Positions 1-13,390 of a stretch of 64,000 bases of DNA are shown one piece after another. A model generated the notes under the pieces. The model did no database searches. It saw only the letters and a program-made list of their open reading frames with translations, and was not told where the DNA came from. Each line of letters starts with the position of its first letter. Within the stretch, counting starts at the first letter, position 1. A program made the translations under genes and the position numbers. This DNA is from Octopus vulgaris (taxonomy: Eukaryota). The stretch is from positions 108,066,001 through 108,130,000 of the forward strand of contig OX597817.1 in assembly GCA_951406725.2 (NCBI GenBank). Reading direction: 5' to 3'.

Positions 1-1518
1 ATTTGGTTGGGCGAGAAATGTAGAGGGAAGATAGTCCAGGAAGATATGATTTAATGAAAAAAAAGTAGGAAACGTAGAACTGGCAGGATTTCGACAATTC
101 AGCCAATGAGGAAGCCTGTGCGTGGTCGATCCTGCAAGAAGTAGTAGCCACATCTTCCTCAATTTACACTGTATAGTATTTGAGAAACATTCTATATTGT
201 TTATTTCGGGGTGAAAAACTGATGGGACGTTCACGGTTGATTAGAGGTTTGCCGCATCAAATTTAAATAATTGCAATTAGTTATCTGTCTTATGAACCTC
301 AATTTAGGAAACTGGAGCTGTTGAGCAGTAGGGATACTTAAAGCAAGTTGCCTTAAGTGGTGGTCAGTAACGGGTCTGCAATACCTAGTTCTGTCATGGC
401 ACCCAGAAAAAATTATCAATAAGGCAATTTGGTTGGAGTAATACCTTCAACAATAATAATCAGTAAAATTAAGCACAATAAGGCCACGTATAAACAATGC
501 TCATTTATTATTCTCCCACCTCTTCACAACTATCACAAATTTGTTAAAAATGCTTCCAAAATACCTTTCTCTACATCTAATAATAAGGGATAAGACTGCA
601 TTTTGGTGGGGGCAGTCGATTATAGCGAATCCAGTATACATCTGTTTGTTTAAGTACAACGATTCCAGAAGAATTAAAGGCATAATTGACCCCCGTAGGA
701 TTTGAATTTAGAACGTAAAAAGCCATAACAAAATAACTAAAGGCATTTATTTTGTCCCTCAGGGCATTTATTTTTAACTCGTCTGCTAATTCAAATATCA
801 AGTGAAGTAATGTATTTCACAGTGGAAATTACAGTAGTATATTGATAACAGAAGAAGAACATGAATACAATTATGTTAGAATCTGTTTGCTGTAAAATAG
901 ATCGCTAATGCATGACGTGTCACAACAGTTTTTCATATCCTTTATTGTGTATGTCCGGTATAATTATGTCCTGGTCGTTGTTCATGCTTTCTGTTTGTTT
1001 ATATATGTATCTGCATATCTCAGTGTGCCTGTGCGCGCGCGTCAATGTCCTGGCTGTACACTACTTCTGAAACACTGTATTTTTGTTCTTGTTAAATATA
1101 TCATAAATATTCATCGGAATATTGACATTTTAATATGTTCACCTTGTTTTTCTTGTTATTTATCTCCTCTAAGCATATACAAAATCAGTTATTAGAAAGA
1201 AACAAAAAAAAAAAAAAGAAACCAAGGAATAGATAAAATAAAAAATGAATAAAAATTAAAAGTAAAGCTTAGCAGGAAGTGAAAATGATTTATGGTTGAA
1301 TCAAAAGGTTACTTCTATAGCGAGTGAAGAGAAACCGGATCCGGAAGAGAAAGGTGTAATTGGAACAGTTCATTGTTTGACAGGGATAGTTGTGTTGATT
1401 AAAAATGCCATACCGTTTCGCGCTTAGGCCCAGTGAAAATATTTTTTTAAATGTGAGAATAAGAAACTGGATATACCCAAACATGTAAAGCTATGAAAAT
1501 ACACAGATGTTTAATAAT

Positions 1519-1559
<41 letters not shown>

Positions 1560-2348
1560 CATTATACAAGAGTGGTAACAGTGATTTCAGTGTCGGCTTA
1601 CTACCCTTTATTGGACTGTCTGGTGTAGGCTAGCAGGCCGAAACTTCAAAGTCACTCTCACCATTCTTCTTGGAAAAGTATAATAAATTTGTACTCCATA
1701 AATAGTATTGAGTAAGCTTTCAGATTAATGTAAAATCATTTTTATTATAATACGACAAAAGCAAACATTAATATAATTATGGTAATGGACTCTCCCGTCG
1801 AAGACGACGTATGAGTGTTTAGTATTTTGCCGAACGACCTGCACAAATGATTTGTTTATAGTGATCAAAAGTATGTACTGTTAATTAGCTTACTCCCTCA
1901 ATCAAATCGACGTTACCTGAACAAATACACGGTGTACTACAGGTCAGGTGTAGAAGTGATTGCCAAGTAACGTGTAATGAAGTGTTTTGCTCTAGAGCAC
2001 AACGCCACCCGGTTTAACAACTGAAACCATGATCGTGAGTGCAACACCCCTAACCAATAGACCATACGTCCTCATAATAATGTGAAGAATGATAATAATT
2101 ACAATAATAATAAAAGAGGATTGAATGGATTATTTGGTATACCTATAAAAGTTTCAATTAAAGATTGTATTGTAACATAACGTCGTACAGGTAGGTATAT
2201 AAAATGCACAATATCTGTATGACTGTGCAAAATCTTCAGGTTATACCATAGGGTATTGACTTGCCTCTATGTTGAAGAACATATATGTGTGTATGTGTGT
2301 GTGTTTGTGTGTACAAATGTTTGTTTTATGTATGTATGTATGTATATA

Positions 2349-3537
2349 CAAGGAGGTGCTGAAAAGTTCCTGGCTTTAAGGGTATCGCGAAAGAGTACAG
2401 CTGTTACCTTTACAAGAGAGGTAGGATAACTATTTAGAAGATATACAAAAATATCATGATGGCATACTATATATCTTTCTCTGTTTTGCAGATTTAACAC
2501 ATGATGGCAGCTCCTACAATGGATTTTGGTAAAATGGAAGCAAAGCAAAGGCGCGGCGGAAATCTTACCATTCTCCACAGTAAAAATCTGGTTGTCATGG
2601 TTTTAGACTGGTCATTTTGAAGTCGCAGATGAACTCCGGCCAGGACGACAATCTTCCGCGAACACAGGAAAAAGCCGGCGCTGTGCACATCATTGTTCTC
2701 GGATTTCAGCTCAAGTTATAGCTGAGACTTTGGGGATTTCCTGCGAAAGAGTTGGCCACATCATCCACAACATTCTGGACATGAGAAAGCTTTCCGCAAA
2801 ATGGGTGCCGAAGTGCCTGAACGCAGATCAGAAGCGCCTCAGAGTGACTACATCAAAGAAGATTTTGGACCGTTTTGTAGTGGTAGAGGTTGATTTTATG
2901 GCTCGTTTTGTCACCATGGATGAAACTTGACTTCATCATTATGATCCCCAGACCAAACAGCAATCAGTGGGGTGACGCTACAGCGGTTTACCGCGTCCTA
3001 AGAAGTTTAGGACCCAGAAGTCAATTGGAAAGATTCTGGTATCAGTGTTCTTGGACAAAGACGGAATGCTCCTCATAAAATACCTGCTAAAAGGTCGTGT
3101 CACCAACGTAAAATACGACAGGTATCTGTTGGACGAACTGCGTGAAACTTTGAAGCAGAAACGATTGGGAAGCTGAGCCTTGGCGTCCTGTTTTCGTTAG
3201 ACAATGCACCAGCACATGAAACTCTACGGAAAATACATGACCTTCGTGTCGAATAGTAGACCTTACTCTCTGATTTGGACCCCTTCGACTATCACCTCTT
3301 TCCACAACTGAAGAAACATCTCAAGGGAACGAAATTTCACTCCGATTCGGAAATGATCGCTGCTACAGAGGCGTGATTGGAGGCCCAACCTTCCGAGTTC
3401 TCTTTACAGAGCTTAGGAAAACTGAAGGACTGGTGCAAGAAGTGTGTAAATCTGAGAGGGGAATATGCTAAATCATAATTAATTGATTCTCCTGTATTTT
3501 ATAATATCCTAAGCCAAGAACTTTTCATCACCCCTCG
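2349..3537 (+). mobile_element. Decayed mariner (Tc1/mariner) DNA transposon
   Basis: Imperfect ~28-bp TIRs (CAAGGAGGTGCTGAAAAGTTCCTGGCTT / AAGCCAAGAACTTTTCATCACCCCTCG) with TA on the left. Broken transposase fragments RKLSAKWVPK, TMDET, DNAPAH, PYS..DYHLF and KCVNLRGEY carry several stops and frameshifts. Confidence 0.92.
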
Positions 3538-3790
3538 TGTGGTGTGTATGCGCGCGCGCGCGTGTGTGTTTCGAAATTATATTTTAATAGTTGTTTCTTG
3601 CTATTCCTTGGTATACATAATTTTGAACTCTTCACAAGCTTTGAAGTAAATCCAATTCAAGGAATCAGAATAAACATTTGACTTACTAATCGTATAGTGA
3701 AATTAATTAAGAAATCTAAAATAAAATAAAATACGCGAAATAATCTGCTGTGCATTTAATTCTTCCTGATCTTTGTGAATATATATGGGC

Positions 3791-3822
3791 CATTGTCCAA
3801 ACGCAGATCCACCAACTACCAC

Positions 3823-3860
<38 letters not shown>

Positions 3861-4485
3861 ACACACACACACACATACACACACACACACACGCACGCAC
3901 AAAGAAAAAACCTACGCTGAGATAAATCTACTCATCACTGATGTCCCTCCTCCTCTCCCTGTCATCTCTCTCATGTTAATTTCGTTAATGCAGAGGTCGA
4001 AATGCTTGCCATCTCGAACTGTTTGCATCAATTTGTATGCTGATCGATACTCCATCTTTCAAAGTACTTTTGATCATTACGTAGTAAATAACATTTGCTC
4101 AGTCATCGCCATTTAATATCTTGGCATTGTTTGATCGCTGCCAAGTCAAAATAATTCATTTCAAATTTTCCTTCTGTAAAAAAACTCTCCTAAACCTTCT
4201 GGCTCTTCAACTAACTACTGGTCAGAGTTCTGTTAGATCTTCATTGTCCAAACGCAGATCCACCAACAACCACCTACTCTCTCTCTCTCTCTCACACACA
4301 CACAAACACACACACACAAACACAAACACACACACACACACACACACACAAAGAAAAAAACCTACGCTGTGACAAATCTACTCATCTCTGATGTCCCTCC
4401 TCTTCTCCTTGTCATCTCTCTCATGTTAATTCTGCTAATGCAGAGGCCGAAATATTTGCCATCTCGAACTGTTTGCATCAATTTG
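3791..4485 (+). repeat. Local direct duplication of ~245 bp (3791-4035 and 4242-4485) including a CT/CA microsatellite
   Basis: Both copies run CATTGTCCAAACGCAGATCCACCAAC..ATCTCGAACTGTTTGCATCAATTTG. Confidence 0.9.
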
Positions 4486-5280
4486 GCGGACAGATAGGCT
4501 TCCCCTGTGATTGCGACTGCTAAGCGAATAACCGAAGACATTCTCCCAGAATTATCCCTCGACATCACTCGAACTGCAAAAGTAGTCCAGCAATATCGAC
4601 ATAGAACAGCTTTCGAACATTTGGAAGAAGTTACTAATTTCTCAAAAAGTTAATAATTTTCCAAGATGCAATCGGACTATCAAGCCTCTACTACCTTTTT
4701 CCAACCGGATCACCTAAAGAATCATCGCACCAGACTGCGAGAAGGTGACGATTCTTTAGACAACCGTAGTTGATAATATTTTCGCGTGGAGTCATTGTGG
4801 CGTTAGAACTTTGGCAAATTTCTCTTTAGACAAAGTGTTTCTGATCGGATTATGGCTTTTCTATGGAAATACCAAACAGGAAATTATTTCACGAATAAAT
4901 CGACCAAAGAGTGACTGTGTTGTAAGAAGTTTGCTTCACAGCCACACGGTTCCGGGTTCAGTCCCACTGCAAGGAACCTTGGGCAAGTGTCTTCTACTAT
5001 GCCCTCGAGCCGATCACCCTTGTGAAGGAATTTGGCAGACGGACACTGAAAGAAACTTGTTGTATGCCTGTGTGTGGTTCCACCGCTTGACAACCGGTGT
5101 TGGTATGTTTGCATACCGGTAACTAAGCAGTAAGAGACCGATAAAATCAGTGCAAAGCTTTTTAAAATCTAAGTATTGGGGTCAATTCATTCGGTTAATG
5201 TTCTCCAAGGCCGTACCCCAACATGGCTGCAGTCTAATGACTGAAACATGTAAAAGATAAAAGGTAAATCTATAAGAATA

Positions 5281-5324
<44 letters not shown>

Positions 5325-6020
5325 CTGTGGAGAAATTGCAAATGGTCGCCTGGTGAACGTTCCCAAGAAAACAATGATTGACTGATACGGTTTCTAGAGG
5401 GAAATCTGTATTGTGGACCTAAAAGGAAATCCAATTATCAAGCAGGCTATAGATTACTGTAGAAACTGTTGACTGTTGCTTCTTCCATAAGTCGAGATAT
5501 CATCGTGGATCTTTATCACGCTCTACTGTGTTAAGTGTCTGGACGAAATGAACAACAATACTTGTGATTATGTTCAAACTGCGTGAGCCGACGCAGGGTG
5601 AATTTTTCAGATGATTAAATAGTTGATAGTTCGTACTGCAATTTTTCGTAACGCCCATAGAGAAACATAAATCTCGTTACCGAGTTGTATTTGGACCCTA
5701 AAGGTTAAAAATATCCTCCCTAACATTAAGTGAAAAATAAACTTTAATTTGACTAATTTTCTTCTAGTAGGAAAAGTTTGTGTTAACTTTAGACAAACAT
5801 TTCTCCAAACAAAATCTGTTTAACAAACATTCCTAGCGGTTTTTTTTATGCATGTAGGTATAACATCTATAAGAACTCTAGCTACTCGAGGCCGATGTTA
5901 TTTCTCAATAGGTAATTCACAAGCCATTTAGTAGATTGTGGACGACTGTAATTTATTACCGAACACCCCCTGTTAAAGGAGCCCAAAATTTTTATTAATC
6001 ATAGTCGAAAGAAGTAACAA

Positions 6021-6399
6021 TCTCTCTCTATATAAACGGCAGTTTGTCTGTGCGTGTTTCTGTGTGTCTGTTTGCTTGTACCCTCACCCTGACCACGGCT
6101 TTCAACCGATTCTGATGAAACTTGACACACACATAGCCCAATGTCATAATTCAAAACTAACGCAGCGAAAAGTTTGAAAAGTTCCCCCAGTTCTGAAAAA
6201 AATCGATAAATTCGACATGGGGTCGAGAATCAGAAACACAAACCGCAAACTGTCTAGGGGACGCAACTCCACCTTTTTTAACAAAAAAATTTACCATCAT
6301 TTTTTTCCATTTTTTTGCTATTTTTTGGCTATAACTCTCTAAAAATGCTTTATAGTTATTTCCCTTACAAACCTGAGCAATGCCGGGCGATACTGCTAG
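6021..6399 (+). mobile_element. Non-autonomous Helitron
   Basis: Begins TC after an A. Ends with the GC-rich hairpin CCTGAGCAATGCCGGG then CGATACTGCTAG before a T (A|TC...CTAG|T, no TSD). Confidence 0.8.
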
Positions 6400-8044
6400 T
6401 TATTATATAAATAACTACTTAAACAAATGCAGCGCAGACAACCGCCAAACCAATGTGTTACCTGTGCAATTCTTTCGTTTCAGTTATGGCTAAAAATACC
6501 CTTTCAGTTCCTGTACTGAATCCCCCCCCCCCACCCCCCAAAAAACATCGCTTTGCTTTCCAACTAATAAGACTGGCCGCTCTATAAATATAAAGTGTTC
6601 AACGTTTCTTCCTTTTATCCCCACTAGATAGGATGGTTAGGTACTATTTGATACATTTTCCATTTCTCAACTGACTAACATACATTCCGGGACAACCTCT
6701 GTCTAGACACAAACATTTAGTACTCATAAACTTTTCTTTTTAATATAAAGTGTTATTTCCCAAAAGGTAATACATCCTTTAGAATATTACTGAGATTGTA
6801 CACCACCACTTCACCATCAACAATTGGCCTAAGGCTACACGACAAAATTATATATCTACTATATTATACATCGCGTAAAAAAATAGACGTTATTATTATA
6901 TAATTACTCAAGTATTAACTACCCACAAAATCTTCTAATGTATGCCATGCCTCTATAATTAATTGGTCTTAATTTTAGCTAACTATTCCCTATGAAACTT
7001 CAGAATCTCTGACTATTCTCTATTCTCATGTACGTACGTGTGCACACGTGCGAGTTTACAAACAATAGCAAAAAGTACTCAATGCAGAAGTGGCACGCAA
7101 ATATTTATTGTTGAGCCAATGTAACTTAATGAGACATGTTTCTGGATGGATTCTGATGGCGCAGTTGTCAGAATCTCAATTGAAATGTTTGACTCGATGT
7201 TTACTTACTTTGAATACAAGCCGTACACTAGGTTGATTTGTCTTTCATTTAGTCGTGTGAGACAAAATGAGTAGCAGTAATCTAACTACTCTCTGTTGAA
7301 CCCAACAATCAAAGCCAATTAATAATATGTTTCTTTTAATTTCACAGTGATTAATTAGTTTTTCACAGAGATTTACAAACTTCGGTGATATCAATTCTCA
7401 AAAAGAATAAAATAAAAAAAAAAAAAAAAAAAAAAAAGAATCCGTTTTTGTTTTCCCAATGGAAGAGAATATTTACTGAATGGTATTATTAAAACGAATG
7501 CCTTTGTTTTTTATTTATTTTCCTCATACTGTTGTTGTACGATGCTTGAATTGAAATAGTTGTGTCCGACTAAATGTTATGTAATAATGAGTTTCATTCC
7601 TCTATTTATTGAGTTCAAATCATTGCTGAGATCGACCTTCTTTTTCATAACGGTTTTGCCAATAAAAAAAATCTCTCCTGAGGAACTGATTCGGTGTATA
7701 CCTATATTGAGTGCAAACCATACGAGCTGTAGATTTTATTTTTCATTGCACCGATTTGAATAGAATGAACAGCATCAACAAAGGTTTCTGATTTAGGTAC
7801 AAGGACATTAATTTTCCCCGAGGGGAGATTAGTTGATACCATCAACCCCAGTTCTTAAATTGGTTCTTTATTTTATCTACCTCGAAATGATGACAGACAA
7901 AATTGACCTCACCAGGATTTGAACTCAAAACATAAGCAGTCAGAATGAACAAAACTAATTATACGAATACTACCAGTTCGATCGTATCTGCATTTCTATT
8001 GTCGCTTAATGCAACGTTTCCCTGTTTTCTTTTTCTGTTTTTAG

Positions 8045-8183
8045 TGTATTTATCCCCTTCTGAGCAAATACAGAACCTTTTGGGTGAGGTTGAGGATGAG
8101 GAACATGTCACGCATGATGTTTTCTGTCAAATGGATAACCTGCAGAATTCTAATGGAGATTATCATTGGAGTGAAGCTGCCAG
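8045..8183 (+). CDS. SLC4: SLC4-family bicarbonate transporter/anion exchanger, internal exon A (N-terminal cytoplasmic domain)
   Basis: Pyrimidine tract plus TTAG acceptor (AG 8043-8044) and donor AG|GTAAGA at 8184. Translates YLSPSEQIQNLLGEVEDEEHVTHDVFCQMDNLQNSNGDYHWSEAAR, matching the SLC4 pattern PSQRVQFILG..EEH..HDLF.ELDE...W.ETAR. Phase 1 in, phase 2 out. The paralog cannot be resolved from this segment. Confidence 0.9.
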
Positions 8184-9044
8184 GTAAGAAACGAAACGTT
8201 TTTTCTCTAGTATCACTTAAACTCACAGTATTTTTAGCCAACGAGTAACGTCACTCCACCTGCTAAAAATAGCGGTTAAATTTCCTTCAAATCATTCATA
8301 CTATCATTTTAAGAAAGGACATATTGGATTAGGTAAATGAAGTCGTGTAGTTAGGATTTTGGGCTCGTGATTACAAGGTCGTAGGATCTCATAATTCAGG
8401 ACCGAGTGACATGTAGTTTTGAGCAAAGCCCTAAGTTCATGTTACTCCGGTAAAATCAGATGAAAATGAGTACCAGCCGAGTACTGGTGCAACTCCCTCT
8501 CCTTCCTCCAACAGTTACATCCTGGTTGTTCTTCGCAGTAAGGGTTGGAAGTTTGAGTAGGTGTCTATATATACTTGCAACTACATGGGCACGTAAAACG
8601 ATTAGTGAAATATGGTTGTTACATGTACCAAGCCAGACTCACCTGCTAGTGACGGCTATAAGTTGGGTAGGGCACAATAATACAATCAGTACACTATGCA
8701 TAAAACAAGACGAGATGGTCGTGATTGGACTACATATTATCATAGCTCTGCTCGATCGAGCAGCAATTACAACAACTGCTTCTCGTATTTAAACCTAAAA
8801 AACTATTTGGAGGTGACGAAGGAACGTTCGAATATGAATTTGTCTATGTGGGGCATCCAGCCACAGAAACTATGTCACAAGAGACAATTGGATTTTGAAC
8901 AGCTCCCCGCCTGGCCAGCTTAATGCCAAACCGTCCAACACATGCCAGTGTCGAAAACGGACGTTAAACGATGATGATTATGATAAAAAGGAAATGTTTA
9001 CCGTTTGAGATAGTATCACTTATTGCTGAACGACTTTCCTGATG

Positions 9045-9075
<31 letters not shown>

Positions 9076-9104
9076 TGAGTGAGTGAGTGAGTGAGTGAGT
9101 GAGT

Positions 9105-9158
<54 letters not shown>

Positions 9159-9948
9159 ATGGAAAGATAAGAGCAGTTTGAGGGTCAGAAGAAAGGAAGC
9201 GAAATTTGTGAGAATAGCCCGTTGAAGTAACAGAGCCGTTGAGCGTAAAGTAGAAAGAAAGGGAAGTGGGAATAGTTGTGGTGTATGCTTGATAGGATTC
9301 GGTCAGTGACCAGGCCGGGAGCAGCGCAGTGCTGGCTGTAAATTCGGGACAACCCCGTGCAAAGAAGAAATGGAGCAGATAAGAAGAGGGAAGGTTGTGA
9401 TATAAATGTAAGTCAGTGAGTTTATTAGCTACCGAGAAGATGGATGCACCGATGGTTTTGACGATGAGCACTCGGTTGTTCGATTAGGTGAACACCTGGT
9501 TCATTAAATTAATCATTAACTGGTTGCGTATTCCGCAGACGTGTACTCTTAGCATAATATTCAGATAACCACATGGTTCCGGGTTCAGTCTCACTGCGTG
9601 GCATCTTTGGCAAATGTTTTCTACTATAGCCTCGGGCCAAAGCCTTGTGAGTGGATTTGGTAGATAAAAACTAAAAGAAGCCCGTCGTATATGTGTGTGT
9701 GTAAAGGTAAAATCCAAGGATCAAGGTGTAGGAAGTTAGTAAGCTTCAAGCAATCTGTAGAATGTATAAAAAACAATTTTCAGGAACACCAGCGGTTTAT
9801 TGGTGCAGAAAGTTTTAAAATTTTCCTGTATCGAGCGAAGTACGATAAACTGAAAGAAGGTTGATTTTATAGTTCACGGTTAGCAACAGGGGTTGTTGTA
9901 TATGCGAATAAACATCCAAAATTTAGGGAATGGAGTAGATAAAATCCA

Positions 9949-10033
9949 GGCTACATATGTTTCACAGCTTGCGGAATCTCGTAAGGGATAAATTATCCAA
10001 ACGAGGGGTATGCTGCAAGCTACTCTTCAGGCC
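9949..10033 (-). ncRNA. Type I hammerhead ribozyme with extended stem II
   Basis: Minus strand reads GGC-CTGAAGA-GTAGCTTGC...GCAAGCTGT-GAAAC-ATAT-GTA-GCC. Inner hairpins CTCGT/ACGAG and GGATAA/TTATCC, and palindromic stem III ACATATGT. Confidence 0.75.
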
Positions 10034-11773
10034 AAATATACCTTGATTATAGAAAGTTTACATTGTCGTTAGGAGATCCCGTGTAAATTCATTGGGGGAT
10101 TCGATCGATGTGTGTGTGTGTGTGTGTGTTTCTTTGTGTCTGAGCTTGTCCCCACCACTGCGTGACGACCGGTTTTGGTGTGTTACGGGCCCGGAAATTA
10201 GTAGTTCAGCGAAAGAGTTCGATAGAATAAGAACCGGGCTTAAAAAAATAAGTTCTGGGGTCTATTCATTCGACTAAATGATTCTTCAAAACAGCGCCCC
10301 AGCATAGCTAGAGTCTAATGACTGAGACAAGTAAAAGATAAATCCATCCAACAGGGTGCCATACAGTTTCCGTCTAATTTTATTCATAATGTTTAGGTTG
10401 ACTCAAAGCTATGGTAAACACACTTGCTCAAGATGCCACGGTATAGAATCGAAACCAGAACTTAATTATTGCAAAGTAAATTTTTTAAATCGAGATTTGA
10501 GGGTTATCAATGGTAACAGAGATGTGGAGGAAAGTGACAGAAGTGGCAGAAATGGTAGATTGGAGAGCAAGTGTTGTTGCGGATGTTGTTATTGTTTCAG
10601 CTCAAATATTCTAACTATGATGATTTTCACTTAGTGCAGTGTTTCTCAATCCTTTTTGCCTATGGATCTATTTGATTCCTGTTTCACTCAGATGGATCCT
10701 ACTAGCCATTCGATGTTTAAAAAAAATCATATATTTTTACAATTAAATATTATTAGGAATTGTTTTTAAAAAGTTCTTAAAATATTTTGTGTATTGTTGA
10801 AGTAAAGAGCCCCACTTCGGTCATGAATGGCCATGAGATTGCACCTACAAAGTTCCCCTACGAGGCACAAGTCCGGCAAGGGTGTTTTTGTTGAAGGCCA
10901 GCAGTCGCCCATTTATACCAGCCTCCCCTCTCCATGCCACCGATGTTGTCCAGGGGAAAGGCAAAGGCCGATACAGCTTGGCGTCAGTGACGTTACAATT
11001 CATTTCTACAGCTGAATGAACTGGAACAACATGAAATAAAGTGTTTTGCTCAAGAACCTAACTCGCAGCCCGGTCCGGGAATCGAACTCACTACCTCATG
11101 ATTGTGAGTTCGACACTCTAACCATTGAGTGATTGAGCCATGGTCCTTAGGGGTATGTAGGACGATATTATTTTTATGTGTTTTTTTTAATATTTTATAT
11201 ATAAGACAGTATAGCAGTCCTAACAATTATATAAAAGCTTTACTTATTAAGAAAGTTGAAATTGTTGATACAGGAACAGAAGAAGCGTGTCTTTACCAGA
11301 GAGAGAGAGTGTGTGTGTGTGTGTGTGTGTGTGTTCGGTAACTTAGATGTCAACCTCGTTATAACCATGAAGAGTTGGTATAAACGGGTCCATTTTCAAC
11401 ACTCATGCTCACAAGGGAAACTAGTTAATGGTTCATACGAAGCCATTGGTGCTCCTACTGTTTCACTTCGTTGTTGTGGTGGTAAATTAATTCCAAGTCT
11501 TCATTGATCAAAGACAAATTAACCTGACTATTACGTCTTGTTTTCAATATTAGTATAGCAAGGAGAATACATTATCCAATATGTTCTTCCTTTTTCAAGG
11601 GAAATTGAGGGAACTTGGCTAGTATTTCTATACATCGACAGTTCTGGTATTCTTCTAGAAGTTGATTTATATGCAAACAAGCCGGGACAATGAGGGATCT
11701 TGATATACTAGAAATAACAGCCAAATCTTCATATCACGATCTACCTTCTTCAAAAGGAAAGACACATTAGAAT

Positions 11774-12027
11774 CAGTGATTCTCAGCCAAGGTCCATATG
11801 ACCCTTAGGGGTCGACATAAGATATTCTTTGTTAAAGTTTGTGTGCAATAAATTGGTTATGCTTCTACAATACACGAAATATTTCAATTTTTTATGCAAT
11901 CTCTAATAATATTTAATTATAAATGTATAATACGATTTTTAAAAAATATGGAATGACTATAAGCGTCCAACCAAGTAAAAACAAGAATCAAATGTGTCCA
12001 TAGGCAAAAAATGGTTAAGAAACACTG
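11774..12027. mobile_element. hAT (Charlie-like) MITE; inverted partial sister copy at 10637-10804
   Basis: TIRs CAGTGATTCTCAGCC / GGTTAAGAAACACTG with near-duplicated flanks (CATTAGAAT / CATTGGAT). 10637-10804 is the reverse complement of its right part. Confidence 0.7.
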
Positions 12028-12040
12028 CATTGGATAAAGT

Positions 12041-12290
12041 GGATCTTTTCCCTTTCAACGGCAGATCGAGAAATTAATTTTTTGCAACTAAACACTTTCA
12101 AACTTCGGACACTGGTAGAATGTGTCATATAAAACATCCTTTACTCTTAGCGTTGTTGAGAAAATTTTCTATTTTCAAAGTTATTTCGTGTTAAAGTTGT
12201 ATTTCGGTAATTTCTACCCATGTCCGAAGTTTGAATGTGTTTAGTTGCAAAAAAATATTTCTCAATCTGCCGTTGAAAGGGAAAAGCTCA
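12041..12290. mobile_element. Merlin-like MITE (GGATCTTTTC TIR family), short copy
   Basis: ~80-bp TIRs starting GGATCTTTTCCCTTTCAACGGCAGAT. Perfect 8-bp TSD GATAAAGT (12033-12040 and 12291-12298). Confidence 0.85.
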
Positions 12291-13279
12291 GATAAAGTAG
12301 TTCTAGATACTTGTAAAGAGACACGAAGATAACAGCTGACTGGGGCGCCTATTGATCAGAGTTGAGCTGGGCAAAACAACAATAGAAGATTGCTTGTATC
12401 AATTATGAGTGGATACAGATAATCTTCAAAGGTATTGGCGACATTAAAGAAGTGAAATTGTTCTAACTGGGATTTGAAAATCGATCCCAGTCTTGAAACA
12501 TCAGAAACTTCTTACTGAATTTACCATGCGATTCTCAGGACCAATGTTTTAAAATGTGTAAGAGATTATATTCCAAGCATGAGACCAATTAACTATTCAG
12601 AGAATCGGAATTATTTTATCGGCTGCTGAAGCAGTTAATTCCTGTTGCTAAGGTGAAATGAAATTCATCCAAAATTCTGCTTTCTTTTCATCACATTATA
12701 ATCCACGGAGCTTTCCTTTAGATTTTCATTATAACTTCTCATTAAACATTCACACGAGTATACTTAGATCACCAGTACATAATTCTGTTTCCGGGGAATA
12801 TAAAAATTAATCCATCGTAGTTAACACAGGCTGGACTTAGTAGCATTGCTTAGTTTCTTATGTACTTGTAAGCAAAATAAGTTTCAATCTGTAAAGAAGG
12901 AAAAAATAAAAACTCCTATTTTCCACGAATAAGACTAACTACTGCAATGTATCAAGTAGAAATGCTTTGTAAGATGTGATGTTGGCACCGGTTGGGTGTC
13001 TCACATTTCCTTACATAGTTGTAGAAAGGAAAACAGCGGGAACACGAATCTCCGAACAAATAACAATAATAATTCATTTTCGCCGAAATAAGTATTTCAA
13101 TCTCTGGACATCGGTAGGACGCTTTGTGCGTGGAAGCAGCAGAGTCGGTTTAAATCACAATTGTGAACGCATTCTTCACAGATTCACCTAAGTCATATTC
13201 GCCTTTACACGGAGCTTGTCTGGTTCTGTAGGCAGCAGGAAGCAAAAAGAAAGAATAGCGGTAAAACCTAGCTTCTGCT

Positions 13280-13390
13280 GATGACTGCGCATGCGCATAA
13301 GGGACTTCCGGCAGGCCTTCCGGAAGACCAATACTTGCACATGCGTAGATGAAAATCCCAAAATGGCGTCTGGAATCTGGCGTCACTACA
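13280..13390. promoter_or_regulatory. Dense cluster of housekeeping-promoter motifs
   Basis: TGCGCATGCGCA (NRF1-type, 13286-13297), ACTTCCGG and CTTCCGGAAG (ETS-type, 13304 and 13317), CCAAT (13328) and CAAAATGGCG (YY1-type, 13359). May be TE-borne. Confidence 0.3.

Noticed and set aside
1321-1353. 33-nt symmetric phase-1 micro-exon (SEEKPDPEEK) upstream of exon A
   Set aside because: The frame would fit, but the donor GTGTAA is weak, the pyrimidine tract is short and there is no homology support. Needs RNA-seq.
2135-2250. Minus-strand CTGAAGA...GAAAC...GTA hammerhead candidate
   Set aside because: Stem I is out of register and stem II does not close convincingly.
7665-7745. CTGAGGA with flanking AAAATCT/AGATTTT pairing
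   Set aside because: GAAA and the cleavage triplet are not intact; too degenerate to call.
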